Source: Telluria sp. (lineage in GTDB: Bacteria > Pseudomonadota > Gammaproteobacteria > Burkholderiales > Burkholderiaceae_D). From it: a stretch of 64,000 nt of DNA. Every line of letters begins with the position of its first letter. Positions within the stretch are counted from its first letter, which is position 1. The position numbers and the translations under genes are program-made. The notes beneath the pieces were generated by a model. It saw only the letters and a program-made list of their open reading frames with translations, did not search any database and was not told the origin of the DNA. This document shows positions 8,510-18,069 of this stretch, one piece after another. Where the stretch lies: positions 2,195 through 66,194 of the forward strand of contig DASTVB010000074.1 in the NCBI GenBank assembly GCA_035759315.1, read 5' to 3'.

Positions 8510-9511
8510 ATGTTCAAACTCACCTTTCTCGGCACCTCGGCAGGCATGCCGACCAAATACCGCAACGTCACGTCGCTCGCTGTGCAGCCCGGCCTGAGCC
8601 GGGACTGGTGGATGGTCGACTGCGGCGAAGCGACACAGCACCGCCTGCAGCACGTTCCGCTGAGCGTGCATGACCTCGCGGGTATCTGCATCACACACGT
8701 TCACGGAGATCACAGCTACGGCCTGCCAGGCCTGCTTGCCAGCGCCGCGATGGGCGGTCGAACTCGGCCGCTGGTGCTCATTGCACCGCTCGCAATACGA
8801 AAGTGGCTCGACGCAACCTTCGAGCATACCGAGCTCGCCCTGCCGTTCCCCGTGGTTCATGTCGATGTCGACGGTGACCAGACGGTGCACACGGAACCAG
8901 GCCTGACCATTGAACGGCATCGGCTGTCGCATCGGGTGCCCAGCGTCGGGTTCCGTTTTGCGATCGAGAAGGTCAAATGGAAGCTGGACACCGAGGGGCT
9001 TCGGGCGCGCGGCGTGATTCCGGGGCCGAGCTGGGGAGAGCTGCAGGCAGGACACGATGTCCGCCTCGACGATGGCACTGTGCTGGCGGCCGCCGATTTT
9101 CGCATCGCGCAGACCTCCCGGGCTGCACTTGTCGTGGGCGGAGACAATGACACGCCGTCGCTGCTTGCCGATGCATGCAAGGACGCGCAGCTGCTGGTCC
9201 ACGAGGGAACCTATACCGAGGCGATCTCGCAGAAGATCGGGCCGGGGCCGACGCACAGTTCGGTCCAGCGTATCGCGCACTTCGCGAACGAGGCCGGCAT
9301 GCCGAACCTGATCCTCACGCACTTCAGCCCGCGTTACGACAATGCCGAAGGGATGAAGGAGCTGGAGGCAGAGGCGCGCCAGTTTTATACCGGCCAGCTC
9401 TTCCTGGCGCGGGACCTGGCCAGCTATGAGCTGAAGCCGGACGGCGTGGTGCACCGGGTAGGTGAGCCCGTCGTCCCAGCGAAGGCTGGGACCCATACGT
9501 CGTTGGTGTAG
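8510..9511 (+). CDS. rnz: Ribonuclease Z (metallo-beta-lactamase fold tRNA 3' endonuclease)
   Basis: MFKLTFLGTSAGMPT..., HxHxDH motif (THVHGDHSYGLPGLL), ...HEGTY..., THFSPRY. It is collinear with E. coli RNase Z. The last ~14 codons (PVVPAKAGTHTSLV*) are read out of a REP-A repeat. Confidence 0.9.
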   Translation: MFKLTFLGTSAGMPTKYRNVTSLAVQPGLSRDWWMVDCGEATQHRLQHVPLSVHDLAGICITHVHGDHSYGLPGLLASAAMGGRTRPLVLIAPLAIRKWLDATFEHTELALPFPVVHVDVDGDQTVHTEPGLTIERHRLSHRVPSVGFRFAIEKVKWKLDTEGLRARGVIPGPSWGELQAGHDVRLDDGTVLAAADFRIAQTSRAALVVGGDNDTPSLLADACKDAQLLVHEGTYTEAISQKIGPGPTHSSVQRIAHFANEAGMPNLILTHFSPRYDNAEGMKELEAEARQFYTGQLFLARDLASYELKPDGVVHRVGEPVVPAKAGTHTSLV

Positions 9512-9565
9512 CGATTGCGTCGTCGACGGACGCTCAGCATGGATCCCAGCCTTCGCTGGGATGAC
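9470..9565. repeat. REP-A inverted pair (GTCGTCCCAGCGAAGGCTGGGACCCAT ... ATGGATCCCAGCCTTCGCTGGGATGAC)
   Basis: Each unit is a hairpin TCCCAGC-GAAG-GCTGGGA. Two units in inverted orientation are separated by ~42 nt. The pair lies between convergent rnz and the rlmI fragment. Confidence 0.9.
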
Positions 9566-9587
9566 GCGGCGTGAGTCGCCGCATTGC

Positions 9588-10223
9588 TTAGCGCGGGTAG
9601 GTGAAACCGGTGCGGATGTCCATGGGAGCCAGCCGGTTGCCGTCGCGGACCATCAGCCGCTGCGGCGGTTCGTCGCCCGCCAGCGGACGCTGAATGTCAG
9701 GCAGGCCTTCGCCTTTGCGCATCAGCGGGTCGCAGCGCTGGTAGACGTTCGGGCAGCCGGTAGCTTTTATCAGTGCCTGCACCACAGGGATCTTCCACAA
9801 TTCCACGCCCCCGGCATTGAACTGGCAAATCAGGTAGCCGGCAGCGCCGCCATAGCTGTGCACCAGCAGCCCTGGCAAGCCGTCTTTTTCGCCATCGACC
9901 AGCTGGACCAGCGCCTGCGGGTCGGCGGTGCGCAGCACATCGGCGCGGCGCTCGACTGCGGCCTGCACGCGCCGCTTGATCATCGCGTGATCGACCGGCT
10001 CGTCCTCGCGCAGCGTCCAGACGCGCGCCGCGATCTGCGATTTGGCGTTGTAGGCCGCGCGGGCAAGGAACTGGCGCGACGACGACTGCACGATCGCCGT
10101 GGCGCCCGGCTTGTTGCGCTCCTGTGGCTTGCCGTCCACCTTTTCGATGGCGGAGGCGTAAATCCACGGATCGCCGCCGAGCAGCGCCTTTTCCTTACCC
10201 TGTTTGATGGTGATGATGAGCAT
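9588..10223 (-). pseudogene. rlmI: Truncated rlmI-like gene (PUA/EEHEE N-terminal half only; SAM methyltransferase domain missing)
   Basis: The 211 aa starting MLIITIKQGKEKALLGGDPWIYASAI.. are collinear with E. coli RlmI (KGREKSLLRRHPWVFSGAV; ARGAYSPASQIRARVWTF; GESDGLPG). The reading frame stops at ..MDIRTGFTYPR*, exactly where RlmI continues GHKTGYYLDQR into the methyltransferase fold. Confidence 0.6.
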
Positions 10224-10288
10224 GTGCGGCTTTCGTTTCAAGGATCGGGATGATACAGCAAGCGGTAATGTCCTTGCCGCATGGAGCG

Positions 10289-11488
10289 CTAGTCGCCGCC
10301 GTCCACCCGCGCGCCGTCCTGCAGGCGGTCGTCCGGATGGGCGATCACGCGCTCGCCCGCTGTCAAGCCCGATAGCACCTGGGTCTGCAAGCCGTTGCTC
10401 ACGCCAGGCCGCAGATGCCGCTTGCGCGCGCGTCCGGAGTTGACGACGTAGGCGGCCCACTGCGCGCCGTCGCGGAACAGGGCGCTGGCCGGCACCTGCA
10501 GGATGTCGCGTCCCTCCCACACGATGAAGCTTGCCTCGACCCGGTAGCCGTCACCCAGGCGCTCCCAGCGCGGGCGCGGCGAGGTGAATCCGACGATCGT
10601 CCATACCCGCTGCTCCTCGACGCCGAGGGCCGATATCTTCGTAAAGCCGGCCGGTTCCACGCGCTTGACTTCACCCTGCAGCGGTTCAGCGCCGCCCCAA
10701 CGCTCGAACAGCACCCGCGTGCCCGGCTGCACCCGGACCGCATCGGCCGAGAGCAGGTCCACTTCGACCTCGAGCGCCCCAGGGTCGCCGATCTCGATCA
10801 GCGCCTGGCCGGCCGCCACCGGGCCTTCGCTCTTGCGCGGGATACTGAGAACGCGCCCGGCTACCGGCGAGCGCACCGTCACCAGGCCTCCGGTTCCGGG
10901 CGCCGCCGCGTACATCAGGGCGGTGCGCGCGGCTTCGAGTTCGTGTACCGCGGTCGCGGCGCTGAATTCGGCGGTGCGCAACATCGCCGCACTGCGGGCC
11001 GCGCTGCCGGCGGCACGGTCAAGATCGGCCACGGTGGAGTAGCCGCTCGCACGCAGCGCGCGCACCCGCGCCAGCTCCTGCTGCGCCAGTGCGGCGTCGG
11101 CGCGCGCTGCATCCCGGCCCTGGCGCGCCGCGGCTGCATTACTAGCCGCGGCGCGGACTCTGGCCGTGGCTTCGGCACGGGTTCGGGCGTCCAGCGCCTG
11201 TGGCCGTAGCGGCTCAAGTTCGACCAGCGTGGCGCCGGCCGCCACCGGGCTGCCGACGTCGAAGCGAATGCGGCGCGCATGACCGGCGACAGGAGCGGCC
11301 ACCACGTAGCGGTCCACCACACGGGTGCGGCCCTCCTGTTCGATCGTCACGCGCAGCGGCCCGCGCGATACCGGGGCGATGTCGAACTGCAGCGGATCGG
11401 GGTAGAAGCCATAGCCGATGCCGGCCGCCAGCGCGACCGCCACCAGTCCCACCACGATCCGCCGCCGCCACTGCAAGCTTTTTTCCAT
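10289..11488 (-). CDS. HlyD-family periplasmic adaptor (membrane fusion protein) of the ABC exporter
   Basis: Start MEKSLQWRRRIVVGLVAVALAAG (TM anchor). It has a lipoyl-like segment (APVAGHARRI..VGSPVAAGATLVELE), an Ala/Arg-rich coiled coil and a beta-barrel C-terminus. The ATG is 3 nt after the permease stop. Confidence 0.85.
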   Translation of the reverse strand: MEKSLQWRRRIVVGLVAVALAAGIGYGFYPDPLQFDIAPVSRGPLRVTIEQEGRTRVVDRYVVAAPVAGHARRIRFDVGSPVAAGATLVELEPLRPQALDARTRAEATARVRAAASNAAAARQGRDAARADAALAQQELARVRALRASGYSTVADLDRAAGSAARSAAMLRTAEFSAATAVHELEAARTALMYAAAPGTGGLVTVRSPVAGRVLSIPRKSEGPVAAGQALIEIGDPGALEVEVDLLSADAVRVQPGTRVLFERWGGAEPLQGEVKRVEPAGFTKISALGVEEQRVWTIVGFTSPRPRWERLGDGYRVEASFIVWEGRDILQVPASALFRDGAQWAAYVVNSGRARKRHLRPGVSNGLQTQVLSGLTAGERVIAHPDDRLQDGARVDGGD

Positions 11489-11490
11489 GT

Positions 11491-13857
11491 TCACTCCGAC
11501 GTTTTGAGTACCGCGACCAGGTCGAGCTGGTCGAGCCGGCGGCGCACCGCCAGTCCGGACAGGATGGCGGCGACGACCACCACAAGCACCGAGAAGGCGT
11601 AGGTACGGGCCTCCAGCACCACGGGCACGCGGTACAGGTCGTTCTGCAATGAGTGGGCGATGTAGTAGCACATGGCCCGTCCGGTCAACAGGCCGAGCGG
11701 CAATGCGACCAGTGTGAGCAGCCCGAGTTCGCCCAGCAGGATATAGGCGATTTCCGCGCGGGTGAAACCGAGCACGCGCAGGCTCGCCAGTTCGTGCCCG
11801 CGTTCCGTCAGCGCGATGCGGGCGCTGTTGTAGATCACGCCGAACGCAATGATGATCGCAAATATGGTGGCAATGGAACTGAAGAACAGCATGGTCTGCT
11901 CCATCATCGCGTCGAAGTTGCGGATCTCCTGTTCGCGCTGCGCCATGCCCTGCACCCGCGGCATGCGCGCGAGGCGCCGGTACAGCTCCGGCAGTGCGGC
12001 GCTGTCGACCGCCAGCCATGCGCCGGACAGGGCCGGACCTTCGTGCATCAGGGTGTTGAGCGCACGCAGTTCCATGTAGGCGGAAACCCCAATGTATTCC
12101 TTCACTATGCCCGACACGACCACTTCCCGTAGCGGGCGCCTGCCTTCCAGTACTTCGACCTGCAGGCGGTCGCCGGCCCGAACGCCGAGCATGGCGGCCA
12201 GGTAGTCGGTCAACAGGATGCCCTGCGCCGGCAGCGGCACCGGCCGCAGCCCGGTGTCCAGCAGGCGCTGAAGGTCGCCGCCATTCTCCATCCCGCGAAT
12301 GGCCGTGCGGTAGCTGGCCGGCCCGAAACGTAGCCGCACCGGCACGGTGCGGAATACCTCCACGCGCTGCACGCCGGGCAGGGCGGCCAGTTCCGAGCGC
12401 GCGCGGGCCGACGCCGGCTCGGTGAATAGTACGGCCAGGTCATCGCGCTGCGCCTGCCGGAACTGGACGTCGAGCATGTAGGTGACGGTGTCGCGCTGGA
12501 ACAGGCTGGTGAGGATGACTCCCCCGGCCAGTGCGACGCCGAACACCGTAAGAAGCGAGTGCCAGCGGGCGCGCTGGATATGGCGCAGGATCATTCGGGC
12601 CGGCTGCGACAGCAGGCGCCGTGCGCCTAGCCGCTCGACCCACGAGACCGTGTACCGCGCCGGCGCTTCCGGGCGCATCGCCTGGGCCGGACGCAGGGCG
12701 GCGGTGCGCCGGATCGCGAGCGCCGTGCCGGCTCCCGCTGCGAACAGGCTGATCGCCGCGGCCCCCAGGAAGGTTTTGGGTGGAAGCGTGAATCGCAGGT
12801 AGGGGAAATGATAGAACTCCTGGTACACGCCGGACAGCAATGAGCCGAACCAGGCACCCAGCATGGTGCCGCCAACGATTCCGATTGCAGCGATCAGCCC
12901 GACAAGTTTCAGGTAGTGCCACATCAGTGCGCCGTTCGAATAGCCGAACGCTTTCAGGCTGGCGACCTGCTCGCGCTGGGTGGCAACCAGGCGGCCGATC
13001 ACCACATGCAGCAGGAAGGCGGCAACGCCCAGGAAAATCGTGGGGAACAGGGTGGCCAGGGTCCCGAGCTGGTCCAGCTCCTGGCTCAGGAAGCGGTGCG
13101 AGCGCTGGTCTTCGCGGGTGTAGGCGCCAAGCCCGCCGTAAGGCGCGAGCAGCTGGTCGACGCGGGCGATCACGGCGGCGCTGTCAGCCTTCGGGGACAG
13201 GCCGATTGCCACGTCGTTGAAGGCGCCGTGCATGTCGAACGCTTCGCCGAGCGCGCGCCGCCCCATCCACATGACGCCGAAGCGCTTCGGGTCGGGCGTG
13301 GCGGCGCCGGGGCGCATCTGTTCGATGAATTCGGGCGACAGTGCGGTGCCGACCAGCCGCAGGCGCTGGTGGCGTCCGTTGAGCAGGGCGGTGAAGCGCT
13401 CGCCCAGCTTCAGGCCGTGGGCTTCGGCGAATGGTTTGCTGACCACCACCTCGTCCGGGCGCAGCGGGTCGGGCAGGCTCCCGGACGACAGGTACAGGGC
13501 GTTCAGGCTGTTCGCGTTCGACTCCGGCGACGATACCATCAGTGCCATGACGGGTTCCGGGAAATCCGGTATCTCCAGGCGCACCTGCGCCACCACCCTG
13601 GTCTGGGCGCGCGCCACGCCCTCGATCGAACGGATGCGCGCAGCCACCGATTCTGGCGCGCGCTTGAGCGACACAAACATGTCGGCGAACCGGTATTCGC
13701 GGTAGTAGGCCTCCTGCGTGACCAGCAGCGCATGCAGGGTGGCGAGGAACATGATGAAGGTCGCCACCCCGCACATCAGCACCAGCGCAATGGCGATCGC
13801 CTGGCCACGCATGTGCCACAGGTCGCGCAGCAGTTTGCGGTCGAGCGCCTTCACCAC
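11491..13857 (-). CDS. ABC transporter permease with two FtsX-type modules (MacB/YbbP-like)
   Basis: ~788 aa beginning V(V)[25 protein letters not shown]. It has repeated 4-TM FtsX-like blocks. The GTG start overlaps the ATPase stop (GTGGTGA at 13851-13857). The upstream 70 codons of the track ORF are Arg/Gly-rich and overlap the ATPase gene. Confidence 0.85.
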   Translation of the reverse strand: MVKALDRKLLRDLWHMRGQAIAIALVLMCGVATFIMFLATLHALLVTQEAYYREYRFADMFVSLKRAPESVAARIRSIEGVARAQTRVVAQVRLEIPDFPEPVMALMVSSPESNANSLNALYLSSGSLPDPLRPDEVVVSKPFAEAHGLKLGERFTALLNGRHQRLRLVGTALSPEFIEQMRPGAATPDPKRFGVMWMGRRALGEAFDMHGAFNDVAIGLSPKADSAAVIARVDQLLAPYGGLGAYTREDQRSHRFLSQELDQLGTLATLFPTIFLGVAAFLLHVVIGRLVATQREQVASLKAFGYSNGALMWHYLKLVGLIAAIGIVGGTMLGAWFGSLLSGVYQEFYHFPYLRFTLPPKTFLGAAAISLFAAGAGTALAIRRTAALRPAQAMRPEAPARYTVSWVERLGARRLLSQPARMILRHIQRARWHSLLTVFGVALAGGVILTSLFQRDTVTYMLDVQFRQAQRDDLAVLFTEPASARARSELAALPGVQRVEVFRTVPVRLRFGPASYRTAIRGMENGGDLQRLLDTGLRPVPLPAQGILLTDYLAAMLGVRAGDRLQVEVLEGRRPLREVVVSGIVKEYIGVSAYMELRALNTLMHEGPALSGAWLAVDSAALPELYRRLARMPRVQGMAQREQEIRNFDAMMEQTMLFFSSIATIFAIIIAFGVIYNSARIALTERGHELASLRVLGFTRAEIAYILLGELGLLTLVALPLGLLTGRAMCYYIAHSLQNDLYRVPVVLEARTYAFSVLVVVVAAILSGLAVRRRLDQLDLVAVLKTSE

Positions 13858-14582
13858 CGTAACTCGCTTGCGGGAACCTTGAGCTCGTTGCGCTCGATGC
13901 GCGCCACAAGCCCGTCCCGGAAATGGATCACGCGGTCGGCCATCCCGGCGATTACCACGTTGTGGGTGATCAGCACCGTGGTGGTCCCGAGGTCGCGGTT
14001 GACCTGGGCGATGGCCTCGAGCACCGCGGTGCCGGTCTGGGCATCCAGCGCGCCGGTCGGCTCGTCGCACAGCAGTACCCGCGGGCGCTTGGCCACCGCG
14101 CGCGCAATCGACACGCGCTGCTGCTCGCCGCCCGACAGCTGGGCCGGGAAATGGTCCATGCGCTCGCCCAGGCCAACCAGGGCGAGCGCGGCTTCCGGCG
14201 TCATCGGGTGCGCGGCGATGTCGGTGACGAGGGCGACGTTTTCGCGCGCGGTCAGGCTGGGGATCAGGTTGTAGAACTGGAAGACGAAGCCCACCGTGTG
14301 GCGCCGGTACTGCGTCATGGCGGCGTCATCGTCGAGCTGCATGGCTTCGCCGTCGAACATCAGGGTGCCACCCGACGGCGCGTCGAGTCCTCCCAGGATG
14401 TTGAGCAAGGTGGACTTGCCGCTGCCCGATGGCCCCAGCAGCACGACGAATTCGCCGTCGAACAGTTCGAGGTCGACACCGCGCAACGCCTGCACCTGCA
14501 CCTCGCCCATCTGGTACACCTTGAACAGGGCGTGCGCCTCGAACAGCGGCCGAGCGCGGGGCGCGATGGACGGTGAGGACAT
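13851..14582 (-). CDS. ABC transporter ATP-binding protein (MacB/LolD class)
   Basis: Walker [11 protein letters not shown]-loop, signature [14 protein letters not shown], Walker [10 protein letters not shown]-loop ITHN. Confidence 0.95.
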   Translation of the reverse strand: MSSPSIAPRARPLFEAHALFKVYQMGEVQVQALRGVDLELFDGEFVVLLGPSGSGKSTLLNILGGLDAPSGGTLMFDGEAMQLDDDAAMTQYRRHTVGFVFQFYNLIPSLTARENVALVTDIAAHPMTPEAALALVGLGERMDHFPAQLSGGEQQRVSIARAVAKRPRVLLCDEPTGALDAQTGTAVLEAIAQVNRDLGTTTVLITHNVVIAGMADRVIHFRDGLVARIERNELKVPASELRW

Positions 14583-14676
14583 CTTTGCGGGCTCGGCGTT
14601 CAGCCGGAAGGGGAGCGCGCAGGGCCGTCAGGGATGTTCATGCGTGACCTCTTCGATGGCGATGGGCTGCGCTGGC

Positions 14677-15510
14677 TCAGTGCGACATAAGAACGGGCAT
14701 TGTCATCCGCCTGAGCATGGTGTGCGTGACGCCGCCGAGGAATAGTTCGCGAAAACGGGTGTGGCCATAGCCGCCCATGACCACCAGGCCGGCCTTCCTT
14801 TCCGTCGCAAGCGCCAGCAATGCATTGCCGTGATCGATTCCGCCGGGCCGCACCAGCAACGTGGCCTTGATGCCGAAGCGTCCCAGCCACGCCAGCAGTT
14901 CCAGCGATTGCGGGTCGGGCTGGTCGGCTTCCTCCGGCTCGAAGTGCGTCACTACCACCGGGGACGCGCGCATTAGCAGGGGCAGGGCGCTGCTGACCGC
15001 GCGCGACGCTTCGTGGCTGCCATCCCATGCAATGAGGGCGGGGCCGTGGATGTCTGCGTATTCGCGTGAATACGGCACCAGCAATACCGGCCGGGCGACG
15101 TTGAGTATGACATATTCGGGAAGATCGCGAACGGCGCCGGTGACGTTGCTGGCGGGATCAGTCTGGCTAAGCACGAGCAGGTCGCAAAAGCGCGATAGCT
15201 GTACCAGGCCGCCTTCCGGGTCGTCGGCGACCAGGCGTGGCTCGAATGACCTGACGCCGCATGAACGCGCGACCGATTCAAACTGCGCGAGTGCCTGGCT
15301 GGCATGCTCGTACAGGGCTTCCACGTGACCGGCGATCACGGTACGGGCGAGGTCGGATGCGTTGTTCGGGTAGACGAAGCGCGAGATGCCGGTCATCGCT
15401 GCGCCGACCAGGTGCGCATCTTCGGCGAGCGCTATCGCGGCCGCGAGCCGGATTCGCGCGGCGGCATGGGGCGACAGGTCGGCGTGCACCAGGATGGTTT
15501 TGTAGGGCAT
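14677..15510 (-). CDS. Tandem universal stress protein (two UspA domains)
   Basis: MPYKTILVHADLS... and a second ..PALIAWDGSHEA.. half ending GLVVMGGYGHTRFRELFLGGVT. The ATG at 15510 is preferred over 15537 because a GAGAG SD-like sequence precedes it. Confidence 0.85.
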   Translation of the reverse strand: MPYKTILVHADLSPHAAARIRLAAAIALAEDAHLVGAAMTGISRFVYPNNASDLARTVIAGHVEALYEHASQALAQFESVARSCGVRSFEPRLVADDPEGGLVQLSRFCDLLVLSQTDPASNVTGAVRDLPEYVILNVARPVLLVPYSREYADIHGPALIAWDGSHEASRAVSSALPLLMRASPVVVTHFEPEEADQPDPQSLELLAWLGRFGIKATLLVRPGGIDHGNALLALATERKAGLVVMGGYGHTRFRELFLGGVTHTMLRRMTMPVLMSH

Positions 15511-15670
15511 TGCGCGCTCTCGCAAGATTGCCGTCAAAGCTTAGCATTTTCCGAATCCCGGCCCGGTTCGATAGGCTGGGGCAAGCGCCAGGCTGGACCC
15601 AGATCGAAGTCCCGGGGTTGCCTGCGATCATGTTATATTTTCCACATCGTAATTACACCGGGATCGTGGC

Positions 15671-16501
15671 ATGAAACTCTTCGTGGCCCTCTTGCTGTCG
15701 GCGCTTTCGCTCGACGCCTCCTCCATCGTGATTCGCCACGACGTCGACGAGAAAAAGTATCTGCTCAAGCAGCAGCCGGGATTCCTCGTCGATATGCATC
15801 ATGAAGGCCACGGGGTGCTGATTCACCCCAAGTGGATACTGACCGCCGGGCACGTCATTTTCCACGACTACCGAGGCATGGACATCACGGTGGCCGGGCA
15901 ACGCCGCAAGGTTGTCAAAGTCGTGGTGCATCCGGATTACCGGCTTCCGGATCCACAGCTGTTCAAAGGCGATAGCGGCCCGCTCATGGACTTCTGGCAG
16001 AGCCGCAGCGACATCGCGCTGATCGAACTCGATGCTGCCGTTGACGGCGTGACCCCGCTGGCTTTGTACTCGGGGCCTGACGAGAAAGGGCTGAAGATCA
16101 CTATTATCGGTCGAGGGGCGACCGGTGACGGCAATGTGGGCGAGCGCCCCGAGACCAAGAAGGAGGGCGTGCTACGCCAATGCACCAACGTCGTCGAGGA
16201 GACGATTGGAAATTGGGTGACCTATCGGTTTGACGCGGCCGACGCGGGCGAACCGCTTGAGGGCATGAGCGGGTCGGGCGACAGCGGCGGCCCATCGATT
16301 ACCTACAGGGATGGGAAGCCTATGCTGGTCGGGCTCACGAGCTGGCAGTACTGGCGCGGGAACATCGCCGATTTTACGGTTGGGGGCAAGTACGGCACGC
16401 GGGCGTTCATGGTGCGGGTCTCGAGCTATCGGGACTGGATCGATTCGACCGTCACGGCGACGCCGCCCCGGGGACCGTCCCCGCAGGGGACTGTCCCCTG
16501 A
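15671..16501 (+). CDS. Secreted trypsin-like (S1 family) serine protease
   Basis: Signal peptide present. The catalytic triad is in context: LTAGHV (His), SDIALIELD (Asp), GDSGGPS (Ser). The last ~10 codons (RGPSPQGTVP*) come from a REP-B repeat. Confidence 0.9.
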   Translation: MKLFVALLLSALSLDASSIVIRHDVDEKKYLLKQQPGFLVDMHHEGHGVLIHPKWILTAGHVIFHDYRGMDITVAGQRRKVVKVVVHPDYRLPDPQLFKGDSGPLMDFWQSRSDIALIELDAAVDGVTPLALYSGPDEKGLKITIIGRGATGDGNVGERPETKKEGVLRQCTNVVEETIGNWVTYRFDAADAGEPLEGMSGSGDSGGPSITYRDGKPMLVGLTSWQYWRGNIADFTVGGKYGTRAFMVRVSSYRDWIDSTVTATPPRGPSPQGTVP

Positions 16502-16565
16502 TCTTTACTTAAACTGAGCAGCACATTCGGAGATACGGAACCGTCCCTCTGGGAACGGTCCCCCC
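16470..16565. repeat. REP-B element (GGGGACNGTCCCC palindromes), degenerate copy
   Basis: GGGGACCGTCCCC-GCA-GGGGACTGTCCCC at 16470-16498. Variant GGAACCGTCCC-TCT-GGGAACGGTCCC at 16537-16565. Confidence 0.85.
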
Positions 16566-16591
16566 ACAATTTTTATGTCAGGAGTTCTCGG

Positions 16592-16999
16592 ATGAGGTCA
16601 GTTATTTTTGCGGGGATGTTACTTTTCGTACTGATGGGACCGGCAGCTGCTGAGCAAGCAAAGGAGGTTTCGTTAATACAGCTTATGGGAAATCCAGAAA
16701 AATTCGACGGAAAAACCGTTAGGGTAATTGGATTTTTACGACTGGAACTGGAAGCAAACGTCCTATATCTTCATCGTGAGGACTTCGAGAGGCTAATCCT
16801 TCCGAATGGTATTTGGATCGAATTGACGGATGCGCAACTGAGATCCTCACAAAAGCTGAGCGACAATTACGCTGTCGTCGAAGGGAGGTTCGAAGTCAGG
16901 GAGGTCTACGGAATATGGTCAGGTAGTTTGCGGGCTAGTTCATTGAAAAGCTACGCGGTCGGCCGAAGCAGCCTGCGGACCCGACAGAATAAAAAATAG
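16592..16999 (+). CDS. Hypothetical secreted protein
   Basis: GGAG-type SD, signal peptide MRSVIFAGMLLFVLMGPAAAEQA, lower G+C codon usage. No motif was recognised. Confidence 0.55.
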   Translation: MRSVIFAGMLLFVLMGPAAAEQAKEVSLIQLMGNPEKFDGKTVRVIGFLRLELEANVLYLHREDFERLILPNGIWIELTDAQLRSSQKLSDNYAVVEGRFEVREVYGIWSGSLRASSLKSYAVGRSSLRTRQNKK

Positions 17000-17131
17000 T
17001 GCGGACCAACGATGGCGGCGCTAGCGCGTGCCGGGATTGGTGCTGCAGGTGAGATAGGCATGCAGGCCACTTCGACTCGTGATTCGAAATACGTCCAGCA
17101 CCAACGGTAATTCTAGTTGCGGGTGTAAAAA

Positions 17132-17287
17132 ATGAGGAAAATTTATATTTATCTCCTTGGAGTCGCGCTCGTTGGAGGAGTGATGGGTTATTTTCCAGAC
17201 ATTTTCCGGGACCCCATTTATTTCTGTCTCGGCGCGCTTTTCCTAATACTATTGCGTCTATTTGCAGAAAAATTCGGTAAGGACTGA
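17132..17287 (+). CDS. Possible 51-aa two-TM membrane peptide
   Basis: MRKIYIYLLGVALVGGVMGYFPDIFRDPIYFCLGALFLILLRLFAEKFGKD. It is below the ORF-track cutoff and has no strong SD. It lies in an AT-richer region. Confidence 0.3.
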   Translation: MRKIYIYLLGVALVGGVMGYFPDIFRDPIYFCLGALFLILLRLFAEKFGKD

Positions 17288-17420
17288 TCTCTTGGCAGCT
17301 GTGCGACGGCGCAGAGGCACGGTCAGCGCCGACAAAAGGGCACGGGGGGCCGTGCCGACAAACGTACACGAGCTGAGCAGTAGAGCAAGTTGGCCGCGTC
17401 AGCGAAAGTTGGCGTCGGCC

Positions 17421-17496
17421 GTATCCTGTTCGTACCCTGTCTGTATCTCGTCCGTATCCTATCGTAGGCTATTCGTATCCTAGCTGTATCCCATAC
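17421..17496. repeat. Seven tandem ~11-bp repeats (consensus GTATCCTnTnC)
   Basis: Units start at 17421, 17432, 17443, 17454, 17464, 17475 and 17486. They read GTATCCTGTTC, GTACCCTGTCT, GTATCTCGTCC, GTATCCTATC, GTAGGCTATTC, GTATCCTAGCT, GTATCCCATAC. The spacing is helical-repeat. Confidence 0.85.
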
Positions 17497-18035
17497 GGGC
17501 TACGGAAAAATCGCGCCTTGGTACGAAAGCCCCAGCAAGAAATGGTAGTGGACGGGGGGCGCGAGAAGTCCCCGCTGCCCCTGCTGGCCTATCACACATC
17601 ACGCAACCCTCCGGGTTGGCCAGAAAGCCCGCCGTTGCAGGCTTCCCGTGTATGGCAGGGTCAAGTCCCCGGTATGACACTAGCCGTCGAGAAATAGGCC
17701 ATAGCACCCGTCGTTGCTGGTGGTTCGTGTAACATTGGATGCGGCGCTCGACGTGGCGGATAAGGCGAACAGTGAGCATGTGCGGCGCGGCTGTCTCTTT
17801 TCTTTAAAATAAAAAGCGACCCCCAGCCCCGGCTTGGCTGCTGCCAAGAGGTGATGGTGTGGCCTCAGTCTTGCGCGTAGCTGCTTGGCGAGTCAAAGCG
17901 CCTCTCATTCTGGGAGTGGTGCAGGAATAATCTTCGAGGCAATATGCGGGCTGTAGCCGGAGTCGGCGATGTTCGGTCACGGGGCCAGTGCCGAAGAGCC
18001 TAGAGGCGGCTTCTGTTGGCTCCGTGACGTTCATT

Positions 18036-18062
18036 ATGGGTCCCAGCCTTCGCTGGGACGAC
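18036..18062. repeat. REP-A single unit just downstream of tctA stop
   Basis: ATGGGTCCCAGCCTTCGCTGGGACGAC. Confidence 0.85.
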
Positions 18063-18069
18063 GGCGGGG

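Noticed and set aside
10289-14070. N-terminal extensions of the HlyD (to 12019) and permease (to 14070) ORFs in the track.
   Set aside because: The extensions overlap the upstream genes out of frame and are compositionally non-coding (Arg/Pro/Gly-rich). Internal starts at 11488 and 13857 give canonical N-termini and tight operon junctions.
17480-18040. Possible structured RNA gene (a T-loop-like GGGTCAAGTCCCC at ~17670; checked by eye against tRNA, tmRNA and RNase P patterns) and the 99-aa ORF 17480..17779.
   Set aside because: I could not build a cloverleaf, tRNA-like acceptor/T-arm or any known RNA consensus. The ORF has no SD or motif. The region is left as unexplained non-coding sequence (see the 11-bp repeat finding).
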